A stretch of DNA of 64,000 bases. Source: Octopus sinensis (lineage: Eukaryota). The stretch lies in assembly GCF_006345805.1 (NCBI RefSeq), contig NC_042997.1:61876001-61940000 (forward strand), in the 5' to 3' direction. A model generated the notes under the pieces. It was not told where the DNA came from, ran no database searches, and worked only from the letters and a program-made list of their open reading frames with translations. The position numbers and the translations under genes are program-made. Of this stretch, positions 49,574 to 61,544 are shown in pieces. Each line of letters opens with the position of its first letter. Position 1 is the stretch's first letter.

Positions 49574-49876
49574 GTGGTGGCTTGTGTACTTAAATGACCC
49601 TGAAAGCTATGCCAGCTGAGTGTAAGTTCCTGGCAGGGCCTACCATACCGGACAGGTCAAAGGATAGAGGCCAGACTAATATGGATTACTTCTCCCCTGA
49701 GGTAAAAACAGGTTTGTGTAGGGCCAACATCCCTGCCTAGAAACAAAGAGTTACAGAAGTATCAATGACAGTTCAAAACCGAGATACAAGAAGGAGAAAG
49801 ATAAACTAGAGATGAGAGCAGTGAAAAGAAACTGTTGACAGCCTATGCTCCATAAGAGTGAAGAAGGGTTTAAGTA
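49574..49876 (+). mobile_element. Probable bipartite non-autonomous RTE derivative
   Basis: GGTGGCTTGTG..AATGACCCTGAAAGCTATGCC..GGACAGGTC..CCAGACTAA resembles RTE 5' UTRs as I recall them; ends GCCTATGCTCCATAAGAGTGAAGA..TAAGTAA, resembling an RTE 3' tail. Confidence 0.45.
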
Positions 49877-50034
49877 ATACGAACATGATGGATACTTAAT
49901 TTTTTATTCTTCCTGGGTCAATAAAATAATAGTGAAACTCAGCCCACTTAGAACACAAAATGTAAAGGACGGCAGCTAACTACTTGGCAAGATATTTTGT
50001 TAATCTCTCTACTGATTGTGCACTCTTTACATTG

Positions 50035-50290
50035 ACAATCCTTTCTACTATAGGCACAAGACTTGGAATTTGTGGGGAGGGCAATAGTCAGTTACCTCGA
50101 CCCCAGTACTTGATGACTGATACTTAATTTATTGACTCCAGTATTTGACTGGTACTTAATTTGTCGACCCTGAAAAGATAAAAGGCAAAGTTGACTTTGA
50201 TGGAATTTGAACTCAGAATGTAAGGCTGAATGAGATATTGTTAAGCTTTTTGCCCAGCGTGCTAACAATTCTGCCAGCTTGCTGCCTTAC
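50035..50290 (-). mobile_element. SINE family A with internal duplication
   Basis: CCAGTA(C/T)TTGA..GACTG(A/G)TACTTAATTT occurs twice at about 50100-50165. Confidence 0.75.
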
Positions 50291-52454
50291 TCCTTACACT
50301 ATTAATGATAATGCTTTTTAACATAGGCTTAATGCTAATAGTTGGATCCATCCTACATCAGACTACAGTTGTTCAACACAACTCCTAATGATAATTCTTT
50401 TTCCTTGTTATATCTCTTGTGGGTCTGTTGACTCAAGAAGGAAGAAAGGCAGAGTTGACAAGAATTGTTCATGAACTCTGATCGTAATGGTACTTGAGAG
50501 ATTTTGGCTGGATCTCTGCAATTTTATTTTATACTGCTACTGCAGCTACTGCAAGCACTGTCACTGCTGCTGGCGATAAATGATTTCTTTTGATCTAGGA
50601 ATACAAATATATGATTGCAGAAGAGGAAAGAACCTACCTTTGATTTATTGATTTTAATTCAATCATTCTGTTGCTGACTTTATGCCTGCTGCTGTGCTAG
50701 GTCATTACAGGACTGGGTCATTACATCACTGAGTCATTACTGCAGTGGTATTAGTCTGAACAAGTTTCATTTCAGTCATTCATTCTCTTTCTTGCCAGTG
50801 TTCTGTGCCTTTGAATGTCTCTCTAAGGTTGAGGAGTAGCTTTCAAGCAAAGTTGGTGAGGTATTTGTTGTTAACGTTCAGATTTATTGCTGGTTATTGT
50901 TTAGGTCCAAGGTATCCCTCATTGAACTGATTTAAGATTAAAAGTATTCCAACCATGACAATCCTGTCTTGTTTTCAGGAATGCTGAATATAAGATTGTA
51001 TTATTCAATATATCCTATTTTTTAAATGCAGTAAGGTGTAATTTGAGAAGGAGATTTGGCTGCTTTTTCTAACAAGTGACCATGTAAAGGCTTCCTCATT
51101 GGCTTGTCAAGCATTTGTACTTTAAGGGTCGAGTGAGGAGTCACTTTGTGCAGAAAAGGATCTTCAGAAGCTGCAGTTCTGGATATTGAGGAAGGGCGGA
51201 ATTGGTAAAGTGCCAGACAAGATGCCTTGTATATCCACTTTGTTTTAAGTTAAGTTTCATCAGACTCCCCCCCCCATTTGCACCCTTCATTGAAGTGTGT
51301 ACCTATTATATCTTAGAAAGTGACTCAGCCAGTTATACTTCAGTCTTACAAATTAATAGCTTAATGCCAAAGTAATAAAGATTGTTATTATTTTAAAGAG
51401 TGGAGGGTTGGCAGAATTAGTAGAACATCAGACAAAATGCTTTGTACTGAGTTCAAATCCTGCCAAGCTCAACCATGCTGTTCATTCTTCTGGTGTTCAT
51501 AAATATCAGTTATGACAGTAATCCTCCCTACAGAAAAAAAATCATTATTACTATTTCTGCATTGCTGAAATGTGAACCTTTGAATTTATTTGCACCACAT
51601 TAATGGATCATACTCATCTTATCTCTCTAGATCCTCTGCATTCATTGTATTCATTGTCGGTTATTTGCTGTCATGCATCATCACACTTCATCCTATTTAT
51701 TCTACTTTTCATACAGATACCTCTTTGCCAACATTTCATGTCTCTAATTTCTGTAGTTCAGAGCATTGGTATACTGCTTACATTTATGCTACTCTTTTAT
51801 TTTGTTAAGTTCAAGTCGGGTGTAGAGTTTTTTGTTTACCTAACTTTTATATGTAGTTTCTTGCTGTCTTTCACTCTTTTACAAGTACATCACAAGTATG
51901 TTGTTGATTTCTTAAAGTTTAATTACTTATTATAAATCATTTACAACACAGAACTGCAAATGCTTGAGCCTAACTTGCTTTGTGTCACAGCATTTATGCT
52001 TATGTATCTTAGCATAGCTATTAAACTTCCCTGCCACAATTATGACATCCCTTGTTATTTATTTTTGATGTCTCTTTCTCATACCACATAAAAAACTAAT
52101 ATCACTGCTAATCTGTTCATTCTTTTTGTGGAAAATAATTTTAGTTGCTTTTTTTCTTCTTTTTGTTTTCTTTTTTACAAAAGCCTATCCCAACCCTTTC
52201 ACTTCATATTTATTACTTATTTCAAATAACTTACCTATACTCTTTCCCTGCAAGAATTCTGGCCAGTGTATGCTGGTACACTAATGTCCTAACTCCTCTA
52301 TTACTTGTCAATATTTGCTTATAACTTCACAGTCATTATAACATTGTATTGAATGCTTAGCAGTATTCATTCTGGCTTTCTGTGCTCTGAGTTTAAATCT
52401 ACTGTGCCAACTTGGCCTTTCTTCCCTTCAGATTCCTTAGTTCCTTTCCTTCCC

Positions 52455-52700
52455 TAGTCATATAGACTCATAGGGCTGACTTCCTGGTTTCCTTGGCGTA
52501 TATATTCCCCACCTGGACGGGATGCCAGTCTATCTCAGGGTTACTCATTTTTGTTAGCTGAGTGGACTGGAACAACATGAAATGAAATATTTTGCTCAAG
52601 AACACAATGTGTTGCCTATGCCCAGCCTAGGAATCGAAACTACAATCTTATGATCCTAAGTCCAACACCCCAACCACTAAGCCATGCGCCTCCATGTCCC
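52455..52700 (-). mobile_element. SINE family C variant
   Basis: Reverse head GGAATCGAAACT..CCAACACCCCAACCACTAAGCCATGCGCC. Confidence 0.7.
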
Positions 52701-54537
52701 TTCAGGATCACTAGGTAACCTATCACTCTAGTACTGGGGTTGATTCTTTTCTCTTTCTCTCTGGAAGATTTTTAGCTGTGATCATGCCATGAGAGGCATG
52801 GGTTTGCCCAAGTTTAAAAAATACCTAAGATACGAGTACTTCTTTGACTCCATCTGGAGTTGAGGGCTCGAAACTTTATAACATTGCTATGTTATCATTA
52901 ATCCTTCAGAGGAGATTTAGTAGGGAAACAAGATATCAGTAAATTGATGACTGTTGCGGAGTGCTCCCTACCTGTCACTCACCATCCTAATATACACGTC
53001 ACTAATATAACACTTGTTAGCCCTGCTAACACAACTGGTAGTTATTTTAGTTGTTGTTTAGCCTCAGATCAACCTTGATAGAAGAAAGTTGCAATCAAAG
53101 TAGCTTCTGCCTGGACTATCTTGCTTATTTGGGGTTATCAAAGGCTACATTATTTGATGTGTTCTCCCTGTTTTCAGGACAGTAAGGTGTGATTTAGGAG
53201 AAATTTAATTGCTATTTCTTGTAGGTTAAAGAGAATGTAGAGGCTTGTTAGTTTGCAGTATTTTTCAGTTTACTCTATAATACTTTGGTTTTGTTAGGAG
53301 ACCAGGTGTATATATATCAGAACATCACTAGAATTAGATAACTTATCTTTGTAAAATTGGAGTATTTCACAACTCCTATCAGTTAATTTCAGCCTGATTT
53401 CTTTCCTAGTTGAATACTTGCTGGTACAGAATGAAGAGTGATATCTCTCTCCTAAAGTGGAAGCTATTGGGAATGAGATAAAGAGGCAAAGTAAAAAACA
53501 GTAAGGTGTTAAAGTGAATAATAACGGAGTAGCACTGGCTGAGAATGAAAATGTAATGAGAATCACAATTTCAAGGTGGTTGGAGAAAAGCGAGTTAGAG
53601 AGTGGTAGAACGCTGCACTTGAAGAGATGTAGGTTCACCTTCATGAACTGATAAGCAGTACCTGCAGCAAGGCGCTGTACAGGTCGATGGATTGTGATTT
53701 ACACACTACAGTTAGTGGTAGGTGAATTGTATATCAGTTACAATAGACGTAAGAGTTAAATATATAAATATGTGTGTGCGTGTGTGAATTAGACATAACT
53801 GTTAATTCAAAGTAACTATATCCATGAAAAAGAAAATGAATTCTATGTATCAAATGTAGTTGAGATCCAAGATGGAATCTGTATGGTTGTAATTTGGGAG
53901 AAGTACAAGTACAAGTAAAATGGCGACCTGGCAGCTGGAGTCTTAGAGTAGCTGTCCACCGAAGTTCCATATAATATGGGAATGAAAAGGAAAAGGAGGA
54001 AAATACAATGTTACTAAAACAAGACACATTCACAAGTAGACAAACAAATGGTTTGATTAGGGGATAATCAATTTGGCGAGGAAACTAAAGAGAAAATATT
54101 ACGACGATGACCACCACAGATCTACAATGGAAGAATTCACCACGTGTAGTTGAGGGTAAAAGAAATCGTTGAACGACAGTAAGTACGTCCAAAATTTATA
54201 AAGCAGTGACATACATACATACATAGATACTTGTAGCACACATGTATACGTGCAGAGTGAAAATAAATCACACTATTTAATGTGACGGACTACACTGCAA
54301 AAAAAATCAAAAATTTCTTTCTGTTTACAAACTTTCTCCGTGTCTATACGCACAAATACTTTATGTATACACACGCAATATTTAAGAAAAAAAGGATATA
54401 CACAAAAAAGAACGAAACATGTGTATATACACACACAATATTTAGAACAAGGAATATACACAAAAAGAACGAATCAAAAACAAATATTTTATATTTTACT
54501 TTTATCGTATTGTTGTTTACATTTTCTGTCCCTACGG

Positions 54538-55738
54538 ATGACCAGAACCAAAGAATCGCCATGGTGAAATCCATAGCGGCGTGCGATAAGACTGGTCGCT
54601 GCTGCTCTAAAATAGAACACTGCCCAGAAAATCACACCTGCCACATCTGTACGGAACCCGAAATACGTTCCGTAATCGCTGGGTCGAATGTGGGACATGT
54701 CTCATCTCTGTCTGCCTCCAATGTGCCACGGACTTTCAGAAGATCCCAGGCCAAAAAAAGAGCCATCATAATGCTATGATGGATAGACTCTGGAAGATGG
54801 TTCAGCTTAAATCTTGGACTTTTCAGTGTCAGGCCTGCGTGCCTCCACAACCGACGATTGTGTCTCCCCCTGCCCACTCCCGTGGAGGAGGCGGAACAGC
54901 AACAGCAGCAACAACAAAATCAACCACAACCAGAGCAGCAGCACAACAATAGAGCACAGCAGCAGCAACAACAAAATCAACCACAACCAGAGCAGCAGCA
55001 ACAACAAATCAAACCACACCCAGAGCAGCAGCAGCAACAACATCAACAACAACAACAGCAACAACAAAATCAACCACAACCAGAGCAACAGCAGCAACAA
55101 CAACAACACCAATGGACCAGTGCGTTTCTTGCAGAACTGCAACAATCGATCTGTGCTTTAAAAGGGGAAGTAGCAGGAATAAAAGCAACCATTCAGGTTG
55201 GACTCCACAATGAGGGGTTCTTATCGAATGCTCTGCTAAAGAACCTCCCTGTACCTGTGCCTCTTGTCGCATTTAAGACCGCGGATTCTGCCACCCATGA
55301 AGTCATTGCCATTGGGGTGCCAGAAGACATGGCTGATCTTCAGGCTTTTGCTGCCAACTCAGCCAAAGACCTAGGCTGCGTTCCCCCAACGGGTGCTATC
55401 CGCCTTGGACGACCTGGCCCAAAACCTAGGCTCATCAAGTTGTCTTTTCGGACCCCACTGAGGCAACCTCTTACCATCTGGCCTCAGTTAAAGCTGGGCG
55501 GGAAAATCGGACCACCTTCCGAACACGCCCAGGCTTACCGTCCGATGTACGCCCGAAGCTACGTGTAGTGGCTTCCCTGAATAGGAACTCAGCTCTACAG
55601 GAAAGCTTCAGTCTTCGGGAAGATGGACAAATCTGGAGATTTGTCAAGACTGCTGAAACGTGGAAGAGAGATACCAGCTGGTCTGAGTGCTCTCTACCCA
55701 CAATAACTAAAAAGACTACAGCAACTCAGGGAAACTAA
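54538..55738 (+). pseudogene. CR1 ORF1 (PHD-like finger, polyQ, coiled coil, RRM), frameshifted
   Basis: Joined across at least 3 frameshifts: CHIC..ECGTCLISVCLQC..WTFQCQAC; Q-rich tract; IAIGVPE, IRLGR and PRLIKLSF RRM motifs; stop TAA at 55736-55738. Start is uncertain. Confidence 0.8.
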
Positions 55739-58552
55739 GCCAGAACAACCTGCCATCCTCTACACACACCATCATAAACTGCGAGCAGGGTACAAATTGT
55801 TGTCCTTAAATGCTCGCAGTTTATGCAACAAAATACATTTGTTCAACGCCTACATCAGAAGTGTTGACCCTGACTTCATCACTGTCACGGAAACATGGCG
55901 CATTCCTTACTCTGTGATGGGGTTTTCAACATTACGGGGTACAACCTCTTCCGTAAGGACCGCACTAACCGCCGTGGTGGTGGTGTGATGGTCTACGTTC
56001 GTTCAAATTTTTTGGTAATTCCTTGCCGATTTGAACGAATCACAAGAAGAAGTTTTTTTCTGTGACGTGCGTATGACCATGTCAACACTCCTGCTTGGCG
56101 TTGTTTATCGTCCCCCAAGTTACCATCGGGACACACAGCTTTGCAATGTCCTCCGAGCTGCTGCCAGGAAAACAGCCACTATGTGTTTATTGCAGGCGAT
56201 TTCAATCATCCTGAGATCGATTGGGAGACCTTCCATTGGCCACAGAGTGCAAACGATTTTGTTGAGCTTGTGCTGGACTCAAACTGGTCACAAGTAGTCA
56301 CCTCTCCAACAAGAGGCGACAACACCTTGGACCTGCTCTTCACCACAACTCCTGAAGCAGTTATCAATTGCACAACGGAGGAACCTCTAGGTGACTCTGA
56401 TCATGCTATGATCATCGCCAATCTGGCTCTTGCGGGCAACAAAAACCTGAACCATCTCCAATCTGCTTCCTTCGATTGGAAGAGAGCAGATTGGAACCTG
56501 TACCACACTGAACTACAGCACCCAAACTGGCGTGAATTCTACAACTCTGGAGATGTGAATACTATACTCCAGAGTATCCTGGACTCAATATGGGCAGCAT
56601 GTGCAGCATCAGTGCCACGTAACAAAAAAAGAAGAACCGCCCCAAAAGGGCAATTTGGGAAACTTCAGCGGTCCGACTTGCCAGGAGGGAACGTCGGACT
56701 GCTGAACGGGAATACAGGTTGCATAAATCAGACCCAACAGGAAGAAGCGGAATAAATCCTCCAACCATCTCAAGCAAGTGACAAAAAAAGCAGTGCTTGA
56801 ATTTGAACAGTGCATAGCAGCCAATCCTGACAGCAAGGTTTCTGGAAATATGTGCATTCCAAGCAGAGACCTCACTCTCCAGTGGGCCCTCTTCGCAACC
56901 CTCACACAACCAGATCACTGACGACCCCAAGGAATGCGCAGAACTCATTGCCGAGTGCTATGCAAACATATTCACTGTTGAAAGTCAAAATGTACCATCT
57001 TCACCATCACTAACAGCAAACTCCATAACAACTATGGAATTTACACCTGCAATGCTGCGACGTCACCTTCAAAATAAGCGCAACTATGCCTCCCCTGGTC
57101 TCGATGGAGTTACATACCTGCTTCTCAAACGTGGCAGGCACTTCCTTTTACACCAGCTTTCTATTTTCTTCCAGTACTGTCTCAACAATGGTGCTACTCC
57201 GGAGCAGTGGAAAACTGCCAGTGTCATTCCTCTGTTCAAAAAGGGCGACCGCACATCACCTGTCAACTATCGCCCAGTCAGTCTCACTAGCTGTATTGCA
57301 AAACTGATGGAATCGTGTGTCAGAGAAACACTCTGGAACTTCTGGAGCTCTCACAGTCTCATCCGACCCTCACAATATGGATTTGTCCCTAACTCCAGCT
57401 GCAGTGACCAGCTTGTCGAGTTCCTTGAGGACATTACTCAGATTACTGACAGTGGCTCATGGGTGGATGTTGTCTACCTTGACTTTGCTAAGGCTTTCAA
57501 CTCTGTGCCACACAAAAGGCTTATGGTGAAACTCTCTGCAATGGGTGTGGGGGATGACCTTTTTAACTGGTTGAAATCCTTCATCCTCAGCCGAAAGGAG
57601 GTAGTCACAGTTCTAGGACAGCACTCTACACCATATGAGATGTCATCGGGTGTACCACAGGGATCTGTCCTGGGTCCCCTCTTGTTTGTGGCATACATTA
57701 ACGACATAGATGCCAATTTAAAGAATGCCACAGTATTGAAATGCAGACGACATCAAGCTGTACCTTGAAATCAAGAGGACAGATCCTGATGTCTACAACT
57801 CTTTCCTGCAATCAGACCTAGACACAATGCAGCAATGGATCACAGACTGGCAACTGAAACTGGCTGTGGACAAGTGTACCACCATGCATTTTGGGAGAAA
57901 AAACCCTGCGTTCACATACTCCCTCCACAACACTGATATCAAGAAATCCTCTTGCGAGCGTGACCTAGGCATCACTGTCAGCAGTGATTTGCGTTGGTCA
58001 AAGCATATCTCTAAGATTGTCAGGAAGGCCGAGGGTGTCTTGGCATCACTCAGCAGGTCTTTTGTTAGCCGCTCTCCAGCCATCTATTTAAAACTGTATA
58101 CAGCTATGGTACGACCACACTTGGAATTCGCATCATCAGTTTGGAACCCCTATCTTGCACAGAACATTGACCTCCTGGAATCTGTCCAGAGACGTGCAAC
58201 CAAACGCATACCCTCCATCAGACACCTACCATATTCTGAGCGCCTTGTTTCCCTGGGCATGGATTCACTGAAGCTCCGGCGTTTGGCGACGGACTTGGTA
58301 AACACCCACAAAGTTATCAACCACCTCACCAACAACAACACTGAACACCTTTTTGATCTCCATGTGTCTAACACACGTGGACATGCCTACAAAGTCAGAA
58401 AACAATACAGCTCCCATGACTTTCGGAAACATTTTTTCACGCTCAGGGTTGCTGAAGCATGGAATAAACTGCCTGCATCAGTTGTTGACTGCCATGACAC
58501 TGCATCCTTTAAGGCCCTCATGCTTTCCGAAATCCGTCGAAACTACACCTGA
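55707..58552 (+). pseudogene. CR1 ORF2 (APE endonuclease + reverse transcriptase), frameshifted
   Basis: LNARSL, VTETW, RKDR..GGGV, VYRPP, GDFN, SDH (APE); SPGLDG, YRPVSLTS, QYGF, LDFAKAFNSV, GVPQGSVLGPLLF, (Y)ADD broken by a 2-nt deletion near 57743; CR1-type C-terminus RDLG, VRPHLEF, LESVQRRATK, TRGH, AWNKLP. Confidence 0.93.
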
Positions 58553-58601
58553 TTATATATACACTTTAGATGAGTTGTAGTGCACCTGAGCACTGTACAC
58601 A

Positions 58602-58642
<41 letters not shown>

Positions 58643-58710
58643 TACATGCTTCCTTGTATAAAAAAGGTTCTACTGAATAATACCGAGGAATTGCATTTCC
58701 TTGCTACAAA

Positions 58711-59670
58711 TCATCATCATCATTTAACGTCTGCTTTCCATACCGGCATGGATTAGACAGTTTGACTGAGGACTGGCAAGCCAGGAGGCTACACCAGGCT
58801 CCAATCTGACCTGGTAAGGTTTCTACAGCTGGATGCCCTTCTTAACACTAACCACTCGGAGTGTAGTGGGTGCTTTTTATGTGCTACCGGCACAGGGCCA
58901 GTCAGGCGGTACTGGCTTCAACCATGCTTGAATGGTGCTTTTTATGTGCCACCTGCACAGGATTTGGCCATGACAGCAATTTCACTTAACAGGTCTTCTC
59001 AAGCTCAGTATATTGCCTAATGATTGAAGGGTACTCTTAAATGGGCCGGTTATGCAACACTGGCATAGGCCATGGTTACAGTCTCACTTGGCTTGTTTGG
59101 TCTTCTCAAGCGCAACATATTTCCAAAGGTCTCAGTCACTTGTCATTGCCTCCGTGAGGCTCAATGTTTGAAGGTTGTGCTTCACCACCTCATCCCAGGT
59201 TTTCCTGGGTCTACCTCTTCCGCAGGTTCCCTCCACTGTTAGGGTGTGACACTTTTTCACGCAGCTCCCCTCATCCATATGCAATACATGGCCATACCAG
59301 TGAAGTCATCTCTTCTGCACACCACATCTGATGCTTCTTATGTCCAGCTTTTCTCTCAGGGCGCTTGCACTCTGTCATATATGCACACTGACATTACACA
59401 TTCAGTGGAGCATACTAGCTTCATTTCTTGCAAGCTTACGGATGTCTTCAGTAGTCACAGCCCATGTTTCACTGCTGTGTAGCATAGCAGTTCGCACACA
59501 TTCGTCATACAGACTACCTTTCACTCTGAGTGGTCCTTTGTTACAAGCAGAAGTAGGAGCTCTCTGAACTTTGCCCCGGCTATTCTTATTCTAGCAGCTA
59601 CGCTCTCAGAGCATCCACCCCCTCTTACTGATTTGGTCACTTAGGTAACGGAAGCTATCAACTACTTTTA
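58711..59670 (-). mobile_element. RTE LINE 3' fragment, tail to tail with the CR1
   Basis: Minus strand VVDSFRYLSDQI..YDECVRTAMLHSSETW..LHWYGHV..GRGRPRKTWDEVVK, then the 3' UTR and (TGA)n. Confidence 0.88.
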
Positions 59671-60275
59671 GTTTTTCCCCTGGCATGTGATGGAAATAGT
59701 AAAATCTAGTTGTGATATAAATATAAACTCAAATGTTATAGGAAATGTGATCTAGAAACAGAATAATTATATTTTGTCTCATATTTTCTGGCTTTCATAA
59801 ATCTGGGAATTCCCGAAAACTGGTTGTTTTTGAAATTAGTTAGTCTTGAATTTTGTGTGCAGTTTGTTTTCTTTCTTTTTTTGTGTTTTTTTTTTTGTGT
59901 AGCACAACCTAAAGTTTTTGACATGGTTTTGTTCAGAAATGCAAGTTCTACAGCAAACAAGCAGTCATAGCTAAAAATACAGTTTTGTTCTTTAATTTTC
60001 ATTGTTTATTTTTACATTTTAAGTATATATTTAACCTGTATCAAGAAATCCAGTCAATCTAGAAATTCTGACCATCTTTATCTGAAGTTTACCAGAAAAA
60101 TGGTTCAGTACTTGTATTTGATTTTAATTTATTGCATTAAATATCAAAACTAATGTAGTCATCTCTCTTGTTACACTTCAAATTAAAAATATAAAAACTA
60201 ACAGCTGCAACATAATACTGCTAACAGCAATGACAACTATGTTTGAGATGATTTTTATATTTTGTTTTGTTGTAG

Positions 60276-60417
60276 GTTCAATGTTAGATATAATTAAGAA
60301 TCGTATGAAGTCAGCCAGCTGTAAAAATGGAGTGCTTGATGAAGTTTCTATTGCCACTGTAATGAAGGAGGTTTTGAAAGGTTTGGATTATTTCCATAAC
60401 AATGGACAAATACATCG
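60276..60417 (+). CDS. OXSR1: OXSR1/STK39-like kinase, internal exon (to HR of HRD)
   Basis: Acceptor ttttgttgtag; phase 1; (G)[46 protein letters not shown](R); donor CG|gtaaat; 142 nt. Confidence 0.96.
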
Positions 60418-60499
60418 GTAAATATCAAATTATTTTTCTATAACCATCTTTTCTTGAAAATTCTAGCAATAAAGAAAAATTTCTTTTGTTTAACCTTAC

Positions 60500-61145
60500 A
60501 AAGGAGATGACAGGACTGAGGTGTGTGGTGCATTGCTGTACTTGAGAAAACCTGTCCATCACAACAGAATTGAGATACAAATATCTAGGTGCCACATAAA
60601 AAAAGCATTGATGTAGGTACTGGTGCTCATAAAAGGCACTGATGCTGGTGCCACGTAAAATGTGCTGATGATGGCACCATGCAAAAAGCACCTAGTACGC
60701 TTTGTGGAGTGGTTAGCATTAGGAAGGGCATCCAGCCATAGAAATCAAGCCTGTTATAAACCCAAAGTGGAATATCTAAGTTTAAAAGGTTTCAATCAAC
60801 TAAAATACAGTAATCTACAATACAAACAAAGATTGTTAAATTGTAAACAAAACTAAACTTCAATGCAATAACAGTTTTATGCAGTGAGTTGCTACAGTCT
60901 CGACAAACTAAAGACTAACACTGAACATGTTGTGCTGTAAATAGAACAGAACTCTGCGCATTTGCACTGTAGGCAAATAACAGCAATCGAGACAATCAAA
61001 GTCACACGATCAAAACTAAAATCACAACAAAACCAAAGCAGACTGTGAAACCTGTTGTGGCCCTTGGCCATGCCAGTTCCTGTTAAGCTGTCCAATCTAT
61101 GCCAAACTGGAAAATGGATATTAAATGTTGATGATGATGATGACA
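60500..61145 (+). mobile_element. RTE LINE 3' end split by a solo LTR
   Basis: GGTGCCAC..AAAAAGCA repeats, GGAAGGGCATCCAGCCATAGAAA at 60722; resumes at 61030 and ends in (TGA)n. Confidence 0.75.
60752..61029. mobile_element. Solo LTR (278 bp)
   Basis: TGTTAT..ACAACA termini; 5-bp flanks AAGCC (60747-60751) and AAACC (61030-61034); interrupts a recognisable RTE tail. Confidence 0.65.
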
Positions 61146-61544
61146 ATGACAATGATGGTTTGAAAGAGTAAAAGCTGTGTAATTTAGATCTTGTTTATAT
61201 TTTGTTGCTGATTTGTACTATCATTAATTAAACATTTTAAGTTTTGAATGATAGCTGTTCAGTTTCATGATTTAGCCAATTGCATTATAATAGGCATCTA
61301 TCTTGAATTAATTGATCCAGTAATCCATACAGATCTCTGGGTTGATGAAAATGGTCTAGCAATGTTAATTCTTCAGGTTAAATGTGAGAAAACAATTATA
61401 ACTTTTCAAATTATTAACCTCATTTCTAGAGATGAAACGGTTTTTAATATTTACATCTACATGGTATTTCAATTAGTTTCATCTTTGATTGTCAAGTCTC
61501 TTACTCCTGTATATGAATGTAGCATCAGATTAGACTTTGACTTA

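Larger units (their letters stand above)
54283..58641 (+). mobile_element. Near full-length CR1-clade LINE (5' end approximate)
   Basis: 5' region with an imperfect ~57-bp tandem duplication (about 54362-54477), ORF1, APE+RT ORF2, short 3' UTR and (TTA)13 tail at 58603-58641; CpGs retained; no TSD found. Confidence 0.93.

Noticed and set aside
54632-58374. Antisense and alternative-frame ORFs over the CR1 (e.g. poly-Leu 54807-55145, 57793-58083)
   Set aside because: These are shadows of the LINE ORFs and of the CAG/CAA tract.
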